A stretch of DNA of 64,000 nt. It comes from Betaproteobacteria bacterium. GTDB taxonomy: Bacteria; Pseudomonadota; Gammaproteobacteria; Burkholderiales; SG8-39. A model generated the notes under the pieces. It was not told the DNA's origin. It did not search any database and worked only from the letters and a program-made list of their open reading frames with translations. Position numbers and translations under genes: made by a program. Location: positions 397 to 64,396 of the forward strand of contig JACOVA010000005.1 of assembly GCA_016177575.1 (NCBI GenBank). Direction: 5' to 3'. Positions within the stretch are counted from its first letter, which is position 1. Every line of letters begins with the position of its first letter. Below, piece by piece: positions 48,691 through 59,424 of the stretch.

Positions 48691-50400
48691 TCACTTTCGG
48701 CGCTGCGGCGGCAGATCGGTGCATACGCCCTCGAACAGCTCGGCCGCCATGCCAACCGACTCCGACACCGTCGGATGCGGGTGGATGGTCCTGCCGATGT
48801 CGGTCGCATCCGCGCCCATCTCGACCGCGAGCGCAAGCTCGCTCACCAGGTCGCCCGCTCCGGCGCCGACGATGCCGCCGCCCACGATGCGATGCGTGGC
48901 CGCATCGAAGATCAGCTTGGTGAAGCCTTCGTCGCGCGCATTGGCGATCGCGCGCCCCGAGGCGGCCCAGGGGAACCTGGCCACGCCGATTTCCGCTCCC
49001 GCCTGCTTCGCCTCGTCCTCGGTGAGGCCGACCCAGGCGATCTCGGGGTCGGTGTAGGCGACCGAGGGCACGACGCGCGCATCGAAATGAGCCTTGTGGC
49101 CCGCGGCAGCCTCCGCCGCAACGTGCCCCTCGTGCACCGCCTTGTGCGCGAGCATCGGCTGGCCGGCGACGTCGCCGATGGCGAATATGTGCGCGACGTT
49201 GGTGCGCATCTGCGAGTCCACGCCGATGAAGCCGCGCTCGTCCACCGCCACCCCGGCGTTCTCCGCGCCGATCTTTTTGCCGTTGGGGGTGCGCCCGACC
49301 GAGGCGAGCACCATGTCGTAGAGCTTCGGCTCACCCTTGTCGAACGAAACACGGATGCCGTCCTTCAGGGCTTCAGCCTTCGTCGTTTTCGTCTTCAGCA
49401 TCACGTTGTCGAAGCGGCCGGCGTTGAACTTCTGCCACACCGCCACCAGGTCGCGGTCGGCGCCGAGCATGAGCCCATCCAGCATCTCGACCACCTCCAG
49501 ACGCGCGCCGAGCGTCGAGTACACCGGCCCCATCTCCAGCCCGATGATGCCGCCGCCGATCACGAGCAGCCGCTTCGGCCGACTGCGCAGCTCGAGCGCG
49601 CCGGTCGAATCGACGATGCGCGCATCCTCCGGCAGGAACGGCAGCTTCGCCGCCTGCGAGCCGGCGGCGATGATGGCATTGGCGAAGGTAAGTGTTTTTT
49701 CGCCTTGTTTCGTTTTCACTTTCAGTTCATTCGGACCCGAAAAAAAACCCAAACCTTCGACAACGGTGACTTTGCGCATCTTCGCCATCGAGGCGAGGCC
49801 GCCGGTGAGCTTGCCCACCACCTTGTCCTTGAAGGCGCGCAGCCTCTCCAGGTCGATCTTCGGCGCGCCGAAGGCGACACCGTGCTCGGCGAGCCCGCGC
49901 GCCGCGTCCATGACCGCAGCGGTGTGCAGCAGCGCCTTGGAGGGAATGCAGCCGACGTTCAGGCACACGCCGCCCAGCACCGGATAGCGCTCGATCAGGA
50001 CCGTCTTCATGCCGAGATCGGCGGCGCGGAACGCCGCCGAGTAGCCGCCCGGCCCGGCGCCGAGCACGAGCATGTCGCAATCGAATCGGGTGCTTTTTTC
50101 TGCTGAGGCTCTTGCTACCGGAGCTTTCTCGGTCGGCGCCGGCGGCGCCTTTTCCTCCTCCCCTGATTCCAGTTTCAGGACCAGCGAACCCTGCGAAACC
50201 TTGGCGCCCAGCTTGACCGCCAGCTCCTTGACCACGCCCGCTTCGGGCGAGGGAATCTCCATCGAAGCCTTGTCCGATTCGACCGTGATCAGCGACTGCT
50301 CCTTCGCGATCCGGTCGCCGGGCTTGACCAGCACCTCGATCACCTCGACATCCTTGAAGTCGCCGATGTCGGGGACTTTCACTTCGACCAGTTTTGCCAT
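48691..50400 (-). CDS. lpdA: Dihydrolipoyl dehydrogenase (E3) with N-terminal lipoyl domain
   Basis: 569 aa. Lipoyl domain [15 protein letters not shown], then [10 protein letters not shown] and [10 protein letters not shown] (redox disulfide). Confidence 0.95.
   Translation of the reverse strand: MAKLVEVKVPDIGDFKDVEVIEVLVKPGDRIAKEQSLITVESDKASMEIPSPEAGVVKELAVKLGAKVSQGSLVLKLESGEEEKAPPAPTEKAPVARASAEKSTRFDCDMLVLGAGPGGYSAAFRAADLGMKTVLIERYPVLGGVCLNVGCIPSKALLHTAAVMDAARGLAEHGVAFGAPKIDLERLRAFKDKVVGKLTGGLASMAKMRKVTVVEGLGFFSGPNELKVKTKQGEKTLTFANAIIAAGSQAAKLPFLPEDARIVDSTGALELRSRPKRLLVIGGGIIGLEMGPVYSTLGARLEVVEMLDGLMLGADRDLVAVWQKFNAGRFDNVMLKTKTTKAEALKDGIRVSFDKGEPKLYDMVLASVGRTPNGKKIGAENAGVAVDERGFIGVDSQMRTNVAHIFAIGDVAGQPMLAHKAVHEGHVAAEAAAGHKAHFDARVVPSVAYTDPEIAWVGLTEDEAKQAGAEIGVARFPWAASGRAIANARDEGFTKLIFDAATHRIVGGGIVGAGAGDLVSELALAVEMGADATDIGRTIHPHPTVSESVGMAAELFEGVCTDLPPQRRK
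50231..50373. repeat. Lipoyl-domain DNA repeat, copy in lpdA
   Basis: About 90 % identical over about 143 bp to 51560..51702. This includes a 45-nt perfect block, 50279..50323 = 51608..51652. Confidence 0.8.
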
Positions 50401-51720
50401 CTACAGAAGCGTCCGGCGGATATCCGAGAGCACGTTGGCGAGATAGGCGGTGAAGCGCGCCGCCAGCGCGCCGTCGATCACGCGGTGGTCGTAGGAAAGC
50501 GCGAGCGGCAGCATCAGGCGCGCCTTGAAGATGTCTCCCCCCTTGTCGTCCTTGCCGGAATAGATCGGCTTCAGAAAGGAGCGCGCAACGCCGAGGATCG
50601 CCACTTCGGGCGCGTTGATGATCGGCGTGAAGGCGCTGCCGCCGATTCCGCCCAGGCTCGAGATCGAGAAGGTGCCGCCCTGCATGTCGCCGGGCCTGAG
50701 CTTCCTGTCGCGCGCGAGCCTGGAGATCTCGGCGAGCTCGCGCGCCAGGTCGAATACGCCCTTGCGGTCGGCGTCGCGCACCACCGGCACCACCAGCCCC
50801 TCGGGCGTGTCGACCGCGACGCCGATGTGGTAGTACTTCTTGACGACGAGGTTCTCGCCCGCCTTGTCGAGCGAGGCGTTGAACTCGGGGTATTGCCGCA
50901 GCGCGGTCACGCTTGCCTTGATGAGGAACGAGAGCATGGTCAGCTTGAAGCCGCGCTTCTCGGTCTCGGCCGTGTTCGACTTGCGGAACGCCTCCAGATC
51001 GGTGATGTCGGCCTCGTCGAACTGCGTGACGTGCGGAATCATCACCCAGTTGCGGTGCAGGTTGGCCGCCGAGAGCTTCTGGATGCGCGAGCGCGCCTTC
51101 AGCTCGACCGGCCCGAACTTGGCGAAGTCGACCTCCGGCCATGGCAGCACCTCGAGGCCGCCGCCCTTCGCCGACGGGACCGCGGCGAGCGCAGCTTTGC
51201 CCGTGAGCGCGCCCTTGACGAACGCCTGCACGTCCTCCCTGACGATCCTGCCCTTCGCCCCGCTGCCCGGCACGCGCGTCAGGTCCACGCCCAGCTCGCG
51301 CGCGAACTTGCGGATCGAGGGGCTCGCGTGCGGCAGCGTCAGCGTCGCCTCGCGCGGCTCTACCGGCACCGGGTCGGCACGCGGAATGACCGCCGCGGCC
51401 GCTTGCGACGCTGCGGGCTTGGGCGCTTCCTGCGGGATTTCTCTCGGAATTTGCGCAGCGCTTTCCGCCGCTGCTTCCTCTGCTGCGGCTTCAGGCTCCA
51501 GCTGCAGCAGCGGCGAGCCTTGCGAAACCTTGTCGCCGACCTTCACTTTCAGCTGCTTCACCACGCCGGCCTCGGGCGAAGGGATTTCCATCGAGGCCTT
51601 GTCGGACTCGACCGTGATCAGCGACTGCTCCTTCGCGATCCGGTCGCCGGGCCTGACCAGGACCTCGATGACCTCGACGTCCTTGAAGTCGCCGATGTCC
51701 GGAACGAGGACATCCTTCAT
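50401..51720 (-). CDS. aceF: Dihydrolipoamide acetyltransferase (E2 of pyruvate dehydrogenase), single lipoyl domain
   Basis: 439 aa. Has [15 protein letters not shown], a PSBD region and the catalytic [10 protein letters not shown]. Confidence 0.95.
   Translation of the reverse strand: MKDVLVPDIGDFKDVEVIEVLVRPGDRIAKEQSLITVESDKASMEIPSPEAGVVKQLKVKVGDKVSQGSPLLQLEPEAAAEEAAAESAAQIPREIPQEAPKPAASQAAAAVIPRADPVPVEPREATLTLPHASPSIRKFARELGVDLTRVPGSGAKGRIVREDVQAFVKGALTGKAALAAVPSAKGGGLEVLPWPEVDFAKFGPVELKARSRIQKLSAANLHRNWVMIPHVTQFDEADITDLEAFRKSNTAETEKRGFKLTMLSFLIKASVTALRQYPEFNASLDKAGENLVVKKYYHIGVAVDTPEGLVVPVVRDADRKGVFDLARELAEISRLARDRKLRPGDMQGGTFSISSLGGIGGSAFTPIINAPEVAILGVARSFLKPIYSGKDDKGGDIFKARLMLPLALSYDHRVIDGALAARFTAYLANVLSDIRRTLL
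51560..51702. repeat. Lipoyl-domain DNA repeat, copy in aceF
   Basis: Partner of 50231..50373 (see that entry). Confidence 0.8.
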
Positions 51721-54404
51721 ACGCTGGCCGGGTCGGGCTTTTCCGGGTCGATGCCGTACTTCCTGATCGCTTCGGCGACGGTCTTCGGCTTGAGATCGCC
51801 CGAATCGGCGAGCGCCTTGAGCGCGGCGAGGGCGACGAACTGGCGGTTCACCTCGAAGAAATGGCGCAGCCCGGCGCGCGAGTCCGAGCGCCCGAAGCCG
51901 TCGGTGCCGAGCACGCGGTAGGCGCGCTCCTTCGGCACGAACGGCCGGATCTGGTCGGCGAAGCTCTTGATGTAGTCGCTCGCGGCGACCACAGGTCCCG
52001 GTTTTTCATTCAGGACCCTGGTTACGTAAGGCACGCGCGGCTTCTCCTCGGGATGCAGCATGTTCCAGCGCTCGGCGGCGAGGCCGTCGCGGCGCAGCTC
52101 GGTGAAGCTGGTCGCGCTCCACACGTCCGCGGCGACGCCCCAGTCGTCCTCCAGCAGCTGCGCGGCCGCGATCACCTCGCGCAGGATGGTGCCGCTGCCG
52201 AGCAGCTGGACGCGCAGGTTCGTCTTTAATGCTGACTCTTTGAACAAATAAAGACCTTTCAGAATGCCCGGTTCCGCTCCCTGACGCAGCGCGGGGTGCT
52301 CGTAGTTCTCGTTCATCAGGGTGATGTAGTAGTAGACATCCTCCTGGTTCGCGACCATGCGCCGCAGGCCGTCCTGGACGATCACCGCGAGCTCGTAGCC
52401 GTAGGTCGGGTCGTAGCAGATGCAGTTCGGGATCACCGAGGCGAGCACGTGCGAATGCCCGTCCTCGTGCTGCAGGCCCTCGCCGTTCAAGGTCGTGCGC
52501 CCGGCCGTCGCGCCGAGCAGAAAGCCGCGCGCGCGCTGGTCCGCCGCCGCCCAGGCCAGGTCGCCGGTGCGCTGCATGCCGAACATCGAGTAGAAGATGT
52601 AGAACGGCACCATGACCTGGTTGGAGTGGCTGTACGAGGTGGCCGCCGCGATCCAGGAGGAAAGCGCGCCGGGCTCGTTGATGCCTTCCTCGAGGATCTG
52701 GCCCTGCCGGTCCTCGCGGTAGTACATCACCTGGTCCTTGTCGACCGGCTCGTACTTCTGGCCCTCGGAGGAGTAGATGCCGAGCTGGCGGAACATGCCC
52801 TCCATGCCGAAGGTGCGCGCCTCGTCCGGAACGATCGGCACGATGCGCCTGCCGATCTCCTTGTCGCGCACCAGGGCGGTGAGAATGCGCACGAACGCCA
52901 TCGTGGTCGAGATCTCGCGCCCCTCGCCCGAGCCCTTGAGCACCTGCTCGAACGCAGCGAGCGGCGGCACCGCCGGCGCCGCATCCGCCTGCCTGCGCCG
53001 CTGCGGAAAGAAGCCGCCCAGCGCCTGCCTGCGCGCGTGCAGATATTTCATCTCCGGCGAGTCGGCCGGCGGGATGTAGAACGGCAGCTGCTCGAGCTTG
53101 TCGTCGGCGATCGGGATGTTGAAGCGGTCGCGCATCTCGCGGATGGTGGCGATATCGACCTTCTTCAGCTGGTGGGTCGGGTTCTTCGCCTGGCCCTGCT
53201 TGCCGAGGCCGTAGCCCTTGATGGTCTTGGCGAGGATCACGGTCGGCTGGCCCTTGTGCTTCACCGCGGCGGCGTAGGCGGCGTAGATCTTGTGCGGGTC
53301 GTGCCCGCCGCGGTTCAGGCGCCAGATGTCCTCGTCGCTCATGCGCGAGACCATCTCCAGCACCTTGGGATGCTTGCCGAAAAAGTTCTTGCGCACGAAG
53401 GCGCCGTCGTTGGCCTTGTAGTTCTGGTACTCGCCGTCGACCGTGTCCTCCATGATGCGGCGGAGCAGCCCTTCCTTGTCGCGCGCCAGCAGCGGGTCCC
53501 AGTACGAGCCCCAGATCAGCTTGATCACGTTCCAGCCGGCGCCGCGGAAATCGCCCTCCAGCTCCTGGATGATCTTGCCGTTGCCGCGCACGGGTCCGTC
53601 CAGCCGCTGCAGGTTGCAGTTGACGATGAAGATGAGGTTGTCGAGCTTCTCGCGCGCCGCCATGCCGATCGCGCCCATCGACTCGGGCTCGTCCATCTCG
53701 CCGTCGCCGCAGAACACCCACACCTTGCGGTTCTCCGTCTGCGCGAACCCGCGCGCCTGCAGGTACTTGAGGAAGCGCGCCATGTAGATCGCCTGGATCG
53801 GCCCCAGCCCCATCGACACCGTGGGGAACTGCCAGTAATCGGGCATCAGCCACGGGTGCGGGTACGAGGACACGCCCTTGCCGTCGACCTCGCGCCGGAA
53901 GTTGAGCAGCTGCTGCTCGCTGAAGCGGCCCTCGAGCAGCCCGCGCGCGTAGATGCCCGGCGAGGAATGGCCCTGGAAATAGACCAGATCGCCGCCGTGC
54001 CCTTGGTGCGGCGCGTTCCAGAAATGGTGCTGCCCGATGCCGAACAGCGTGCCGACCGAGGCGAAGCTGGCGATGTGGCCGCCCAGCTCGTCGTCGTTGC
54101 GGTTGGCGCGCGCCACCATCACCATCGCATTCCAGCGGCAGTAGGAGCGGATGCGTTCCTCGAGCGGGATATCGCCCGGCGAGCGCTCCTCGAGATGCGC
54201 AGGGATCGTGTTGACGTAGGGCGTGTAGGGCGAGAACGGCAGGTAGGCGCCCGAGGTGCGCGCCTTCTCGATCAGCCGCTCGAGCAGGAAATGCGCGCGC
54301 TCGGCGCCTTCGCGCTCGAGCACCGCTTCAAGCGCGTCGAGCCATTCCTGGGTTTCGAGACTGTCTGGATCGTTGGCAGCGGGTTGCTGCGGGACGGCGG
54401 CCAT
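51717..54404 (-). CDS. aceE: Pyruvate dehydrogenase E1 component (homodimeric type)
   Basis: 895 aa. SD GGAGGAGG. Has [17 protein letters not shown] and the full-length E1 pattern. ATGA overlap with aceF. Confidence 0.97.
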   Translation of the reverse strand: MAAVPQQPAANDPDSLETQEWLDALEAVLEREGAERAHFLLERLIEKARTSGAYLPFSPYTPYVNTIPAHLEERSPGDIPLEERIRSYCRWNAMVMVARANRNDDELGGHIASFASVGTLFGIGQHHFWNAPHQGHGGDLVYFQGHSSPGIYARGLLEGRFSEQQLLNFRREVDGKGVSSYPHPWLMPDYWQFPTVSMGLGPIQAIYMARFLKYLQARGFAQTENRKVWVFCGDGEMDEPESMGAIGMAAREKLDNLIFIVNCNLQRLDGPVRGNGKIIQELEGDFRGAGWNVIKLIWGSYWDPLLARDKEGLLRRIMEDTVDGEYQNYKANDGAFVRKNFFGKHPKVLEMVSRMSDEDIWRLNRGGHDPHKIYAAYAAAVKHKGQPTVILAKTIKGYGLGKQGQAKNPTHQLKKVDIATIREMRDRFNIPIADDKLEQLPFYIPPADSPEMKYLHARRQALGGFFPQRRRQADAAPAVPPLAAFEQVLKGSGEGREISTTMAFVRILTALVRDKEIGRRIVPIVPDEARTFGMEGMFRQLGIYSSEGQKYEPVDKDQVMYYREDRQGQILEEGINEPGALSSWIAAATSYSHSNQVMVPFYIFYSMFGMQRTGDLAWAAADQRARGFLLGATAGRTTLNGEGLQHEDGHSHVLASVIPNCICYDPTYGYELAVIVQDGLRRMVANQEDVYYYITLMNENYEHPALRQGAEPGILKGLYLFKESALKTNLRVQLLGSGTILREVIAAAQLLEDDWGVAADVWSATSFTELRRDGLAAERWNMLHPEEKPRVPYVTRVLNEKPGPVVAASDYIKSFADQIRPFVPKERAYRVLGTDGFGRSDSRAGLRHFFEVNRQFVALAALKALADSGDLKPKTVAEAIRKYGIDPEKPDPASV

Positions 54405-54448
54405 GACCTCCTCCGGCTTGTGGCTTTCGGGATTGCGTATTATGCAGC

Positions 54449-55300
54449 ATGCCTGCGACCGTGATCGACGGGAAATCGCTCGCCGCGTCGCTGCGGGCGA
54501 CGCTCAAGCGCACGGTCGATGCGCTCGCCGCCCGCGGCGTGCGCCCGGGGCTGGCGGCGATCCTCGCCGGCGACGATCCGGCCTCGCGCGTCTATGTGCG
54601 CAACAAGGCGCGCGCCTGCGCGGAGACCGGCGTGCACTCCGAGGTGCACGAGTTTGCGCAGGAGGTCTGCGAAAACGCGCTGCTCGAGCGCATCGCGCGG
54701 CTGAACGCCGACCGCGCCGTGCACGGCATCCTGGTGCAGCTGCCGCTGCCGCGGCAGCTCGACGCCGGCCGGCTGCTTGCCGCGCTCGCGCCGGCCAAGG
54801 ACGTCGACGGCTTCCATGCCGCAAACCTCGGCTTGCTGCTGCAGGGACGCCCGGGTGTCGTTCCCGGAACCCCGGCCGGCGTCATGCGCCTGCTCGAGCA
54901 TGCCGGGGTGCCGCTCGCGGGCCGTCACGCGGTGATCGTCGGCCGCTCGAACATCGTCGGCAAGCCGCTCGCGCTCCTGCTCCTGCAAAAAGACGCTACC
55001 GTCACCATCTGCCACTCGAAGACCGCCGATCTCGCCTGCGTGACGCGGCAGGCCGACATCCTCGTGGCGGCGGCGGGGCGGCCGAAACTCATCGGCGCGG
55101 CGATGGTCAAAGCGGGTGCCTGCGTGATCGACGTCGGGGTCAACCGGCTCGCCGACGGCAAGATCGCCGGCGACGTGGACTTCAACGCGGTGAAGGAAGT
55201 GGCCGGCTGGATCACGCCGGTCCCGGGCGGCGTCGGCCCGATGACCGTCGCCATGCTCATCGTCAACACCGTGCGCGCGGCGGAGCTCTCGATTGCTTAA
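54449..55300 (+). CDS. folD: Bifunctional 5,10-methylene-tetrahydrofolate dehydrogenase/cyclohydrolase
   Basis: 283 aa. Has VIDGKSLAASLR, YVRNKARACAETG, VGRSNIVGKP and PVPGGVGPMT. Confidence 0.95.
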   Translation: MPATVIDGKSLAASLRATLKRTVDALAARGVRPGLAAILAGDDPASRVYVRNKARACAETGVHSEVHEFAQEVCENALLERIARLNADRAVHGILVQLPLPRQLDAGRLLAALAPAKDVDGFHAANLGLLLQGRPGVVPGTPAGVMRLLEHAGVPLAGRHAVIVGRSNIVGKPLALLLLQKDATVTICHSKTADLACVTRQADILVAAAGRPKLIGAAMVKAGACVIDVGVNRLADGKIAGDVDFNAVKEVAGWITPVPGGVGPMTVAMLIVNTVRAAELSIA

Positions 55301-57332
55301 CCCACTGCTCGATTTTTCCGGCCTGCCCCGCTTTGCGGACATCAGGCCGGAGCACGTCGCGCCCGCGATCGAGCAGCTGCTCGCCGAGGCGCGCGCGGCG
55401 CGCGAGCGCTCGAACGCCGCGCCGCCGGTGTGGGAGCAGTTCGTGGCGCCGCTCGAGAATGCCAACGAGCGCCTCGGGCGCGCCTGGGGACAGGTTGCGC
55501 ACCTGCACGCGGTGCTCGACTCGCCGCCGCTGCGCGCGGCCTACAACGCCGCATTGCCGAGGGTCACGCAGTACTGGACCGAGCTCGGGCAGGACACGCT
55601 GCGCTTCGAGAAGTACAAGGCGCTCGCCGCTTCAGCCGAATACGCGCGCCTCTCGCCGGCGCGCAGGAAGATCGTCGACGACGCGCTGCGCGACTTCCGC
55701 CTGGGCGGCGCCGAGCTGCCGGCCGCGCTCAAGCCGCGCTACGCGGCGATCCAGGACGAGCTCGCCGCGCTGGCGGCGAGGTTCTCGGAGAATCTGCTCG
55801 ATGCGACCAACGCCTTTGGCATCGTCGTGGACGAGGCGAGAATCTCCGGAATTCCCGCCGACGTGCTTGCCGCCGCGCGCGAGGCGGCGGACAAGGACGG
55901 CAGGCAGGGATGGAAATTCACGCTGCACATGCCCTCCTACCTGCCGGTCATGCAATACGCCGAGGACCGCGGCCTGCGCGAGGCGCTTTACGGCGCGAAT
56001 TCGACGCGCGCCTCCGAGCTCGGCAGGCCCGACTGGGACAACACGCCGCTGATCGCGCGCACGCTCGGGCTGCGGCGCGAGGACGCGCAGCTGCTCGGCT
56101 ACCCGAGCTACGCCGAGGTCTCGCTGGTGCCGAAGATGGCGCGCACGCCGGCGCAGGTGCTCGAATTCCTGCGCGACCTGGCGGCGCGCGCGCGCCCGTA
56201 CGCGGAACGTGACCTGGAAGAATTGAAGAAATATTCCGAAGAACAACTCAAGATCGAAAATCTCGAGGCCTGGGACATCCCGTTTGCGTCGGAGAAGCTG
56301 CGCGCGCGCCGCTATGCGTTCTCGGACCAGGAAGTGAAGCAGTACTTTCCCGAGGCGCAGGTGCTGCAGGGGATGTTCGGCGTGGCCCGGCAGCTGTACC
56401 AGATCGCGATCTCGCAGGCGCAGGCGCAGGCCTGGCACGAGGACGTGCGCTTCTTCGAGATCCGCGGCGCGGCCGGCGAGCGCATCGGCCAGTTCTACCT
56501 CGACCTGTATGCGCGCGAAAGCAAGCAGGGCGGCGCCTGGATGGACGGCGCCATTTCCAGGCGCCGCCTGGAGAGCGGCTTCCAGACGCCGGTCGCGTAC
56601 CTGAACTGCAACTTCTCGCGCCCCGTCGGCGGCAAGCCGGCGCTGTTCACGCACGATGAAGTGATCACGCTGTTCCACGAGTTCGGCCACGGCCTGCACC
56701 ACCTGCTGACGCGCGCCGAGGAGCTCGGGGTCTCGGGCATCAGCGGCGTGGAGTGGGACGCGGTCGAGCTGCCGAGCCAGTTCATGGAGAATTTCTGCTG
56801 GGAGTGGAACGTGCTCACGCGCATGACGCGCCACGTCGACAGCGGCGCGCCGCTGCCGCGCGCGCTCTACGACAAGATGCTCGCGGCGAAGAACTTCCAG
56901 TCCGGGCTCGACATGCTGCGCCAGATCGAGTTCGCGCTGTTCGACATGCGCCTGCACGCGGAATTCGATCCGTCGGCGGGGCGCAGCGCGCTCGAGCTGC
57001 TCGACGAGGTGCGGCGCGAAGTCGCGCTGATCGTGCCGCCGTCCTGGACGCGCTTTCCGAACAGCTTCGCGCACATCTTCGCGGGCGGCTACGCCGCCGG
57101 CTACTACAGCTACAAGTGGGCCGAGGTGCTCTCGGCCGACGCGTTCAGCGCCTTCGAGGAGCTGCGCGGCGCCGATGGCGGCGTGCTCGACGCGGCGACC
57201 GGCGCGCGCTTTCGCGACGAGATTCTCGCTGTCGGCGGCAGCCGCCCCGCGGCGGAATCGTTCCGCGCCTTCCGCGGCCGCGAGCCGCGCGTCGATGCGC
57301 TGCTCAGGCACAGTGGTATGATTCCTGCATGA
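55293..57332 (+). CDS. prlC: Oligopeptidase A (M3 family zinc metallopeptidase)
   Basis: 679 aa. The TTG start overlaps folD by 8 nt (MLNPLLDFSGLPRF). Zinc site is TLFHEFGHGLHH. Confidence 0.93.
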   Translation: MLNPLLDFSGLPRFADIRPEHVAPAIEQLLAEARAARERSNAAPPVWEQFVAPLENANERLGRAWGQVAHLHAVLDSPPLRAAYNAALPRVTQYWTELGQDTLRFEKYKALAASAEYARLSPARRKIVDDALRDFRLGGAELPAALKPRYAAIQDELAALAARFSENLLDATNAFGIVVDEARISGIPADVLAAAREAADKDGRQGWKFTLHMPSYLPVMQYAEDRGLREALYGANSTRASELGRPDWDNTPLIARTLGLRREDAQLLGYPSYAEVSLVPKMARTPAQVLEFLRDLAARARPYAERDLEELKKYSEEQLKIENLEAWDIPFASEKLRARRYAFSDQEVKQYFPEAQVLQGMFGVARQLYQIAISQAQAQAWHEDVRFFEIRGAAGERIGQFYLDLYARESKQGGAWMDGAISRRRLESGFQTPVAYLNCNFSRPVGGKPALFTHDEVITLFHEFGHGLHHLLTRAEELGVSGISGVEWDAVELPSQFMENFCWEWNVLTRMTRHVDSGAPLPRALYDKMLAAKNFQSGLDMLRQIEFALFDMRLHAEFDPSAGRSALELLDEVRREVALIVPPSWTRFPNSFAHIFAGGYAAGYYSYKWAEVLSADAFSAFEELRGADGGVLDAATGARFRDEILAVGGSRPAAESFRAFRGREPRVDALLRHSGMIPA

Positions 57333-58039
57333 TTTTGCGGGCTTTTTTGCTGCTTTCGGTTTTTTCCCTGATGCTGATCGCGCTTGCCGTGCCGGCGCAG
57401 GCGCAGCAGTACCGCTGGGTGGACAAGGACGGCAAGGTCCGCTTCACCGACACGCCGCCGCCGCCGGGCGCGAAGGACGTGCGCAAGTCCGACGCGGTCG
57501 CGCCCGCGTCCGAGCCCGCGCCGCTGCCGTATGCGCTCGGCGAGCTGCAGAAGAATTTCCCGGTCACGCTCTACACCTCGCCGGTGTGCAAGGAGTTCTG
57601 CGCCATGGCGCGCGAGGCGCTCAACAAGCGCGGCGTGCCGTTCAAGGAAGTACAGGTCTGGAACGTCGAGACGCTGGAGGAGCTGAAGCAGACGGCCGGC
57701 TCCGACACCGTGCCGGTCCTGGTCGTGGGACGATCGGCGCAGAGCGGCTTCGACCAGGTCCGCTACGACGCGTTGCTCGATTCCGCGGGCTATCCTGCTG
57801 TCGGCGTGTTCGCGCCGCGCTCGCAGGCGGCGCCGCCGCTGCCGGAGGGCTACGAGCCACCGCCGGTCGCCGAGCCGGCCGCCCCGGCCGCGCCCGCCGC
57901 GCCGGCGCAGCCGCCCGGGCCCTACGACCCGAGCGGGCTCAAGGGACCGGAGCCCAAGCCCGGAATCTACGATCCGAGCGGGCTCAAGGGTCCGGAGCCC
58001 AAGCCCGGACCTTACGGCACTCCCCCAGAGCGCAAGTAA
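57329..58039 (+). CDS. DUF4124 + glutaredoxin-like domain protein with Pro-rich repeat tail
   Basis: Signal/TM LLLSVFSLMLIALAVPAQA. Has YRWVDKDGKVRFTDTPPP (DUF4124) and a Grx-like region VTLYTSPVCKEFCAMAREALNKRGVPFKE. ATGA overlap with the prlC stop. Confidence 0.7.
   Translation: MILRAFLLLSVFSLMLIALAVPAQAQQYRWVDKDGKVRFTDTPPPPGAKDVRKSDAVAPASEPAPLPYALGELQKNFPVTLYTSPVCKEFCAMAREALNKRGVPFKEVQVWNVETLEELKQTAGSDTVPVLVVGRSAQSGFDQVRYDALLDSAGYPAVGVFAPRSQAAPPLPEGYEPPPVAEPAAPAAPAAPAQPPGPYDPSGLKGPEPKPGIYDPSGLKGPEPKPGPYGTPPERK
57923..58012 (+). repeat. Tandem 45-bp coding repeat (2 copies)
   Basis: Copies at 57923..57967 and 57968..58012 encode YDPSGLKGPEPKPGI and YDPSGLKGPEPKPGP. The two copies differ at only a few nucleotides. 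Confidence 0.8.
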
Positions 58040-58054
58040 TCCCGCCGTCGCAAG

Positions 58055-58819
58055 ATGAAGCTTGCGACGTGGAACGTCAATTCGATCAAGGTGCGCCTGC
58101 CGCAGCTGCTCGGCTGGCTCGCCGCGGCCGCGCCCGATGTCGTCTGCCTGCAGGAGCTGAAAGCCGAGGAAGCGAAGTTTCCACGCGCCGAGCTCGAGGC
58201 CGCGGGCTACACCGCGGCCGTCAGCGGACAGCGGACCTACAACGGCGTGGCGATCCTCTCGCGCCAGCCGATGGCCGAGGTGAGCATCGGCATGGCAGAT
58301 TTTCCTGACGAGCAGAAGCGCGTCATTGCGGCAACGGCCGCGGAGGTTCGGGTGGTCTGCGTCTACTGCCCCAACGGCCAGGCGGTCGGCTCGGAGAAAT
58401 ACGACTACAAGCTCCGCTGGTACGGCGCGCTCAGGGAGTATCTGAAGGGCGAGCTGGAGCGCCACCCGCTGCTCGCGGTCGCAGGCGACTTCAACGTCGC
58501 GCCCGAGGATCGCGACGTGCACGATCCCAAGGCCTGGGAAGGCCAGATCCATGTTTCGGAGCCCGAGCGCGCGGCCTGGCGCGCGCTCACGGCGCTCGGG
58601 CTGAAGGACGCGTTTCGCCTGTTCGAGCAGCCGGAGAAGGTTTTCTCCTGGTGGGACTACCGGATGATGGCGTTTCGCCGCAATGCCGGGCTGCGCATCG
58701 ACCAGATTCTGGTCTCGCCGGCGCTCGCCGCGCGCTGCATCGCCTGCAGCATTGACAAGGCGCCGCGCTCACTCGAGCGGCCCTCGGACCACGCTCCGGT
58801 GGTCGCAGAGATTACCTAA
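58055..58819 (+). CDS. xthA: Exodeoxyribonuclease III
   Basis: 254 aa. Has MKLATWNVNSIKVR, CLQELK and SDHAPV. Confidence 0.93.
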   Translation: MKLATWNVNSIKVRLPQLLGWLAAAAPDVVCLQELKAEEAKFPRAELEAAGYTAAVSGQRTYNGVAILSRQPMAEVSIGMADFPDEQKRVIAATAAEVRVVCVYCPNGQAVGSEKYDYKLRWYGALREYLKGELERHPLLAVAGDFNVAPEDRDVHDPKAWEGQIHVSEPERAAWRALTALGLKDAFRLFEQPEKVFSWWDYRMMAFRRNAGLRIDQILVSPALAARCIACSIDKAPRSLERPSDHAPVVAEIT

Positions 58820-59418
58820 GCCGACATTCCTTTCTGCACGCCGGGGCGCGCCGCCATGCGCTCGCGCCATGCTGCCAGATTCGGCAGCCCTTCGGCGAGC
58901 GCCTTGCGCTGCGCCACCACCGGATAGAGAGCAAGATCGGCCAGCGAAATCTCCCCGGCAAGAAAATCGCGCCCGGCGAGCCTGGCGTCGGCGATGCGGA
59001 AGAAGTTGGCCAGCCGCGCCTTGAAGAAATCCACGTCGGCAGGACTCATCTCCGGCGCCACGTTCTCCAGCGCGAAGATCGTGCCGCTGGTGCCCGCCAC
59101 ATCGCTGCAAGCCTGCATCAGCCACTGCAGCGCTACTGCCCGGGTCGCCGCGTCCTGCGGCAGAAACTTGCCGCATTTCTCCGCGGCGTAGAGCAGGATC
59201 GCGCCGGATTGCGCCAAGGTGATCGGCTTGCCGCCCGGCCCATCGCTGTCTGTCATGGCGGGAATCTGCCCCGCCGGATTGATCTTCAGGTACTCCGGCT
59301 TCTTCTGCTCGCCCTTGCTGAGGTCCACTTTGTGGATCTTGTGCTCCAGGCCCGACTCGGCGAGCGCGACCGACGCGCGCAGCCCGTTGCTGGTGCCCCA
59401 CATATAGAGATCGATCAT
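58816..59418 (-). CDS. Glutathione S-transferase family protein
   Basis: 200 aa. N-terminal thioredoxin-like GST fold (MIDLYMWGTSNGLRASVALAESGL...INPAGQIPAM) and a C-terminal alpha domain. Confidence 0.85.
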   Translation of the reverse strand: MIDLYMWGTSNGLRASVALAESGLEHKIHKVDLSKGEQKKPEYLKINPAGQIPAMTDSDGPGGKPITLAQSGAILLYAAEKCGKFLPQDAATRAVALQWLMQACSDVAGTSGTIFALENVAPEMSPADVDFFKARLANFFRIADARLAGRDFLAGEISLADLALYPVVAQRKALAEGLPNLAAWRERMAARPGVQKGMSA

Positions 59419-59424
59419 GGGCGC

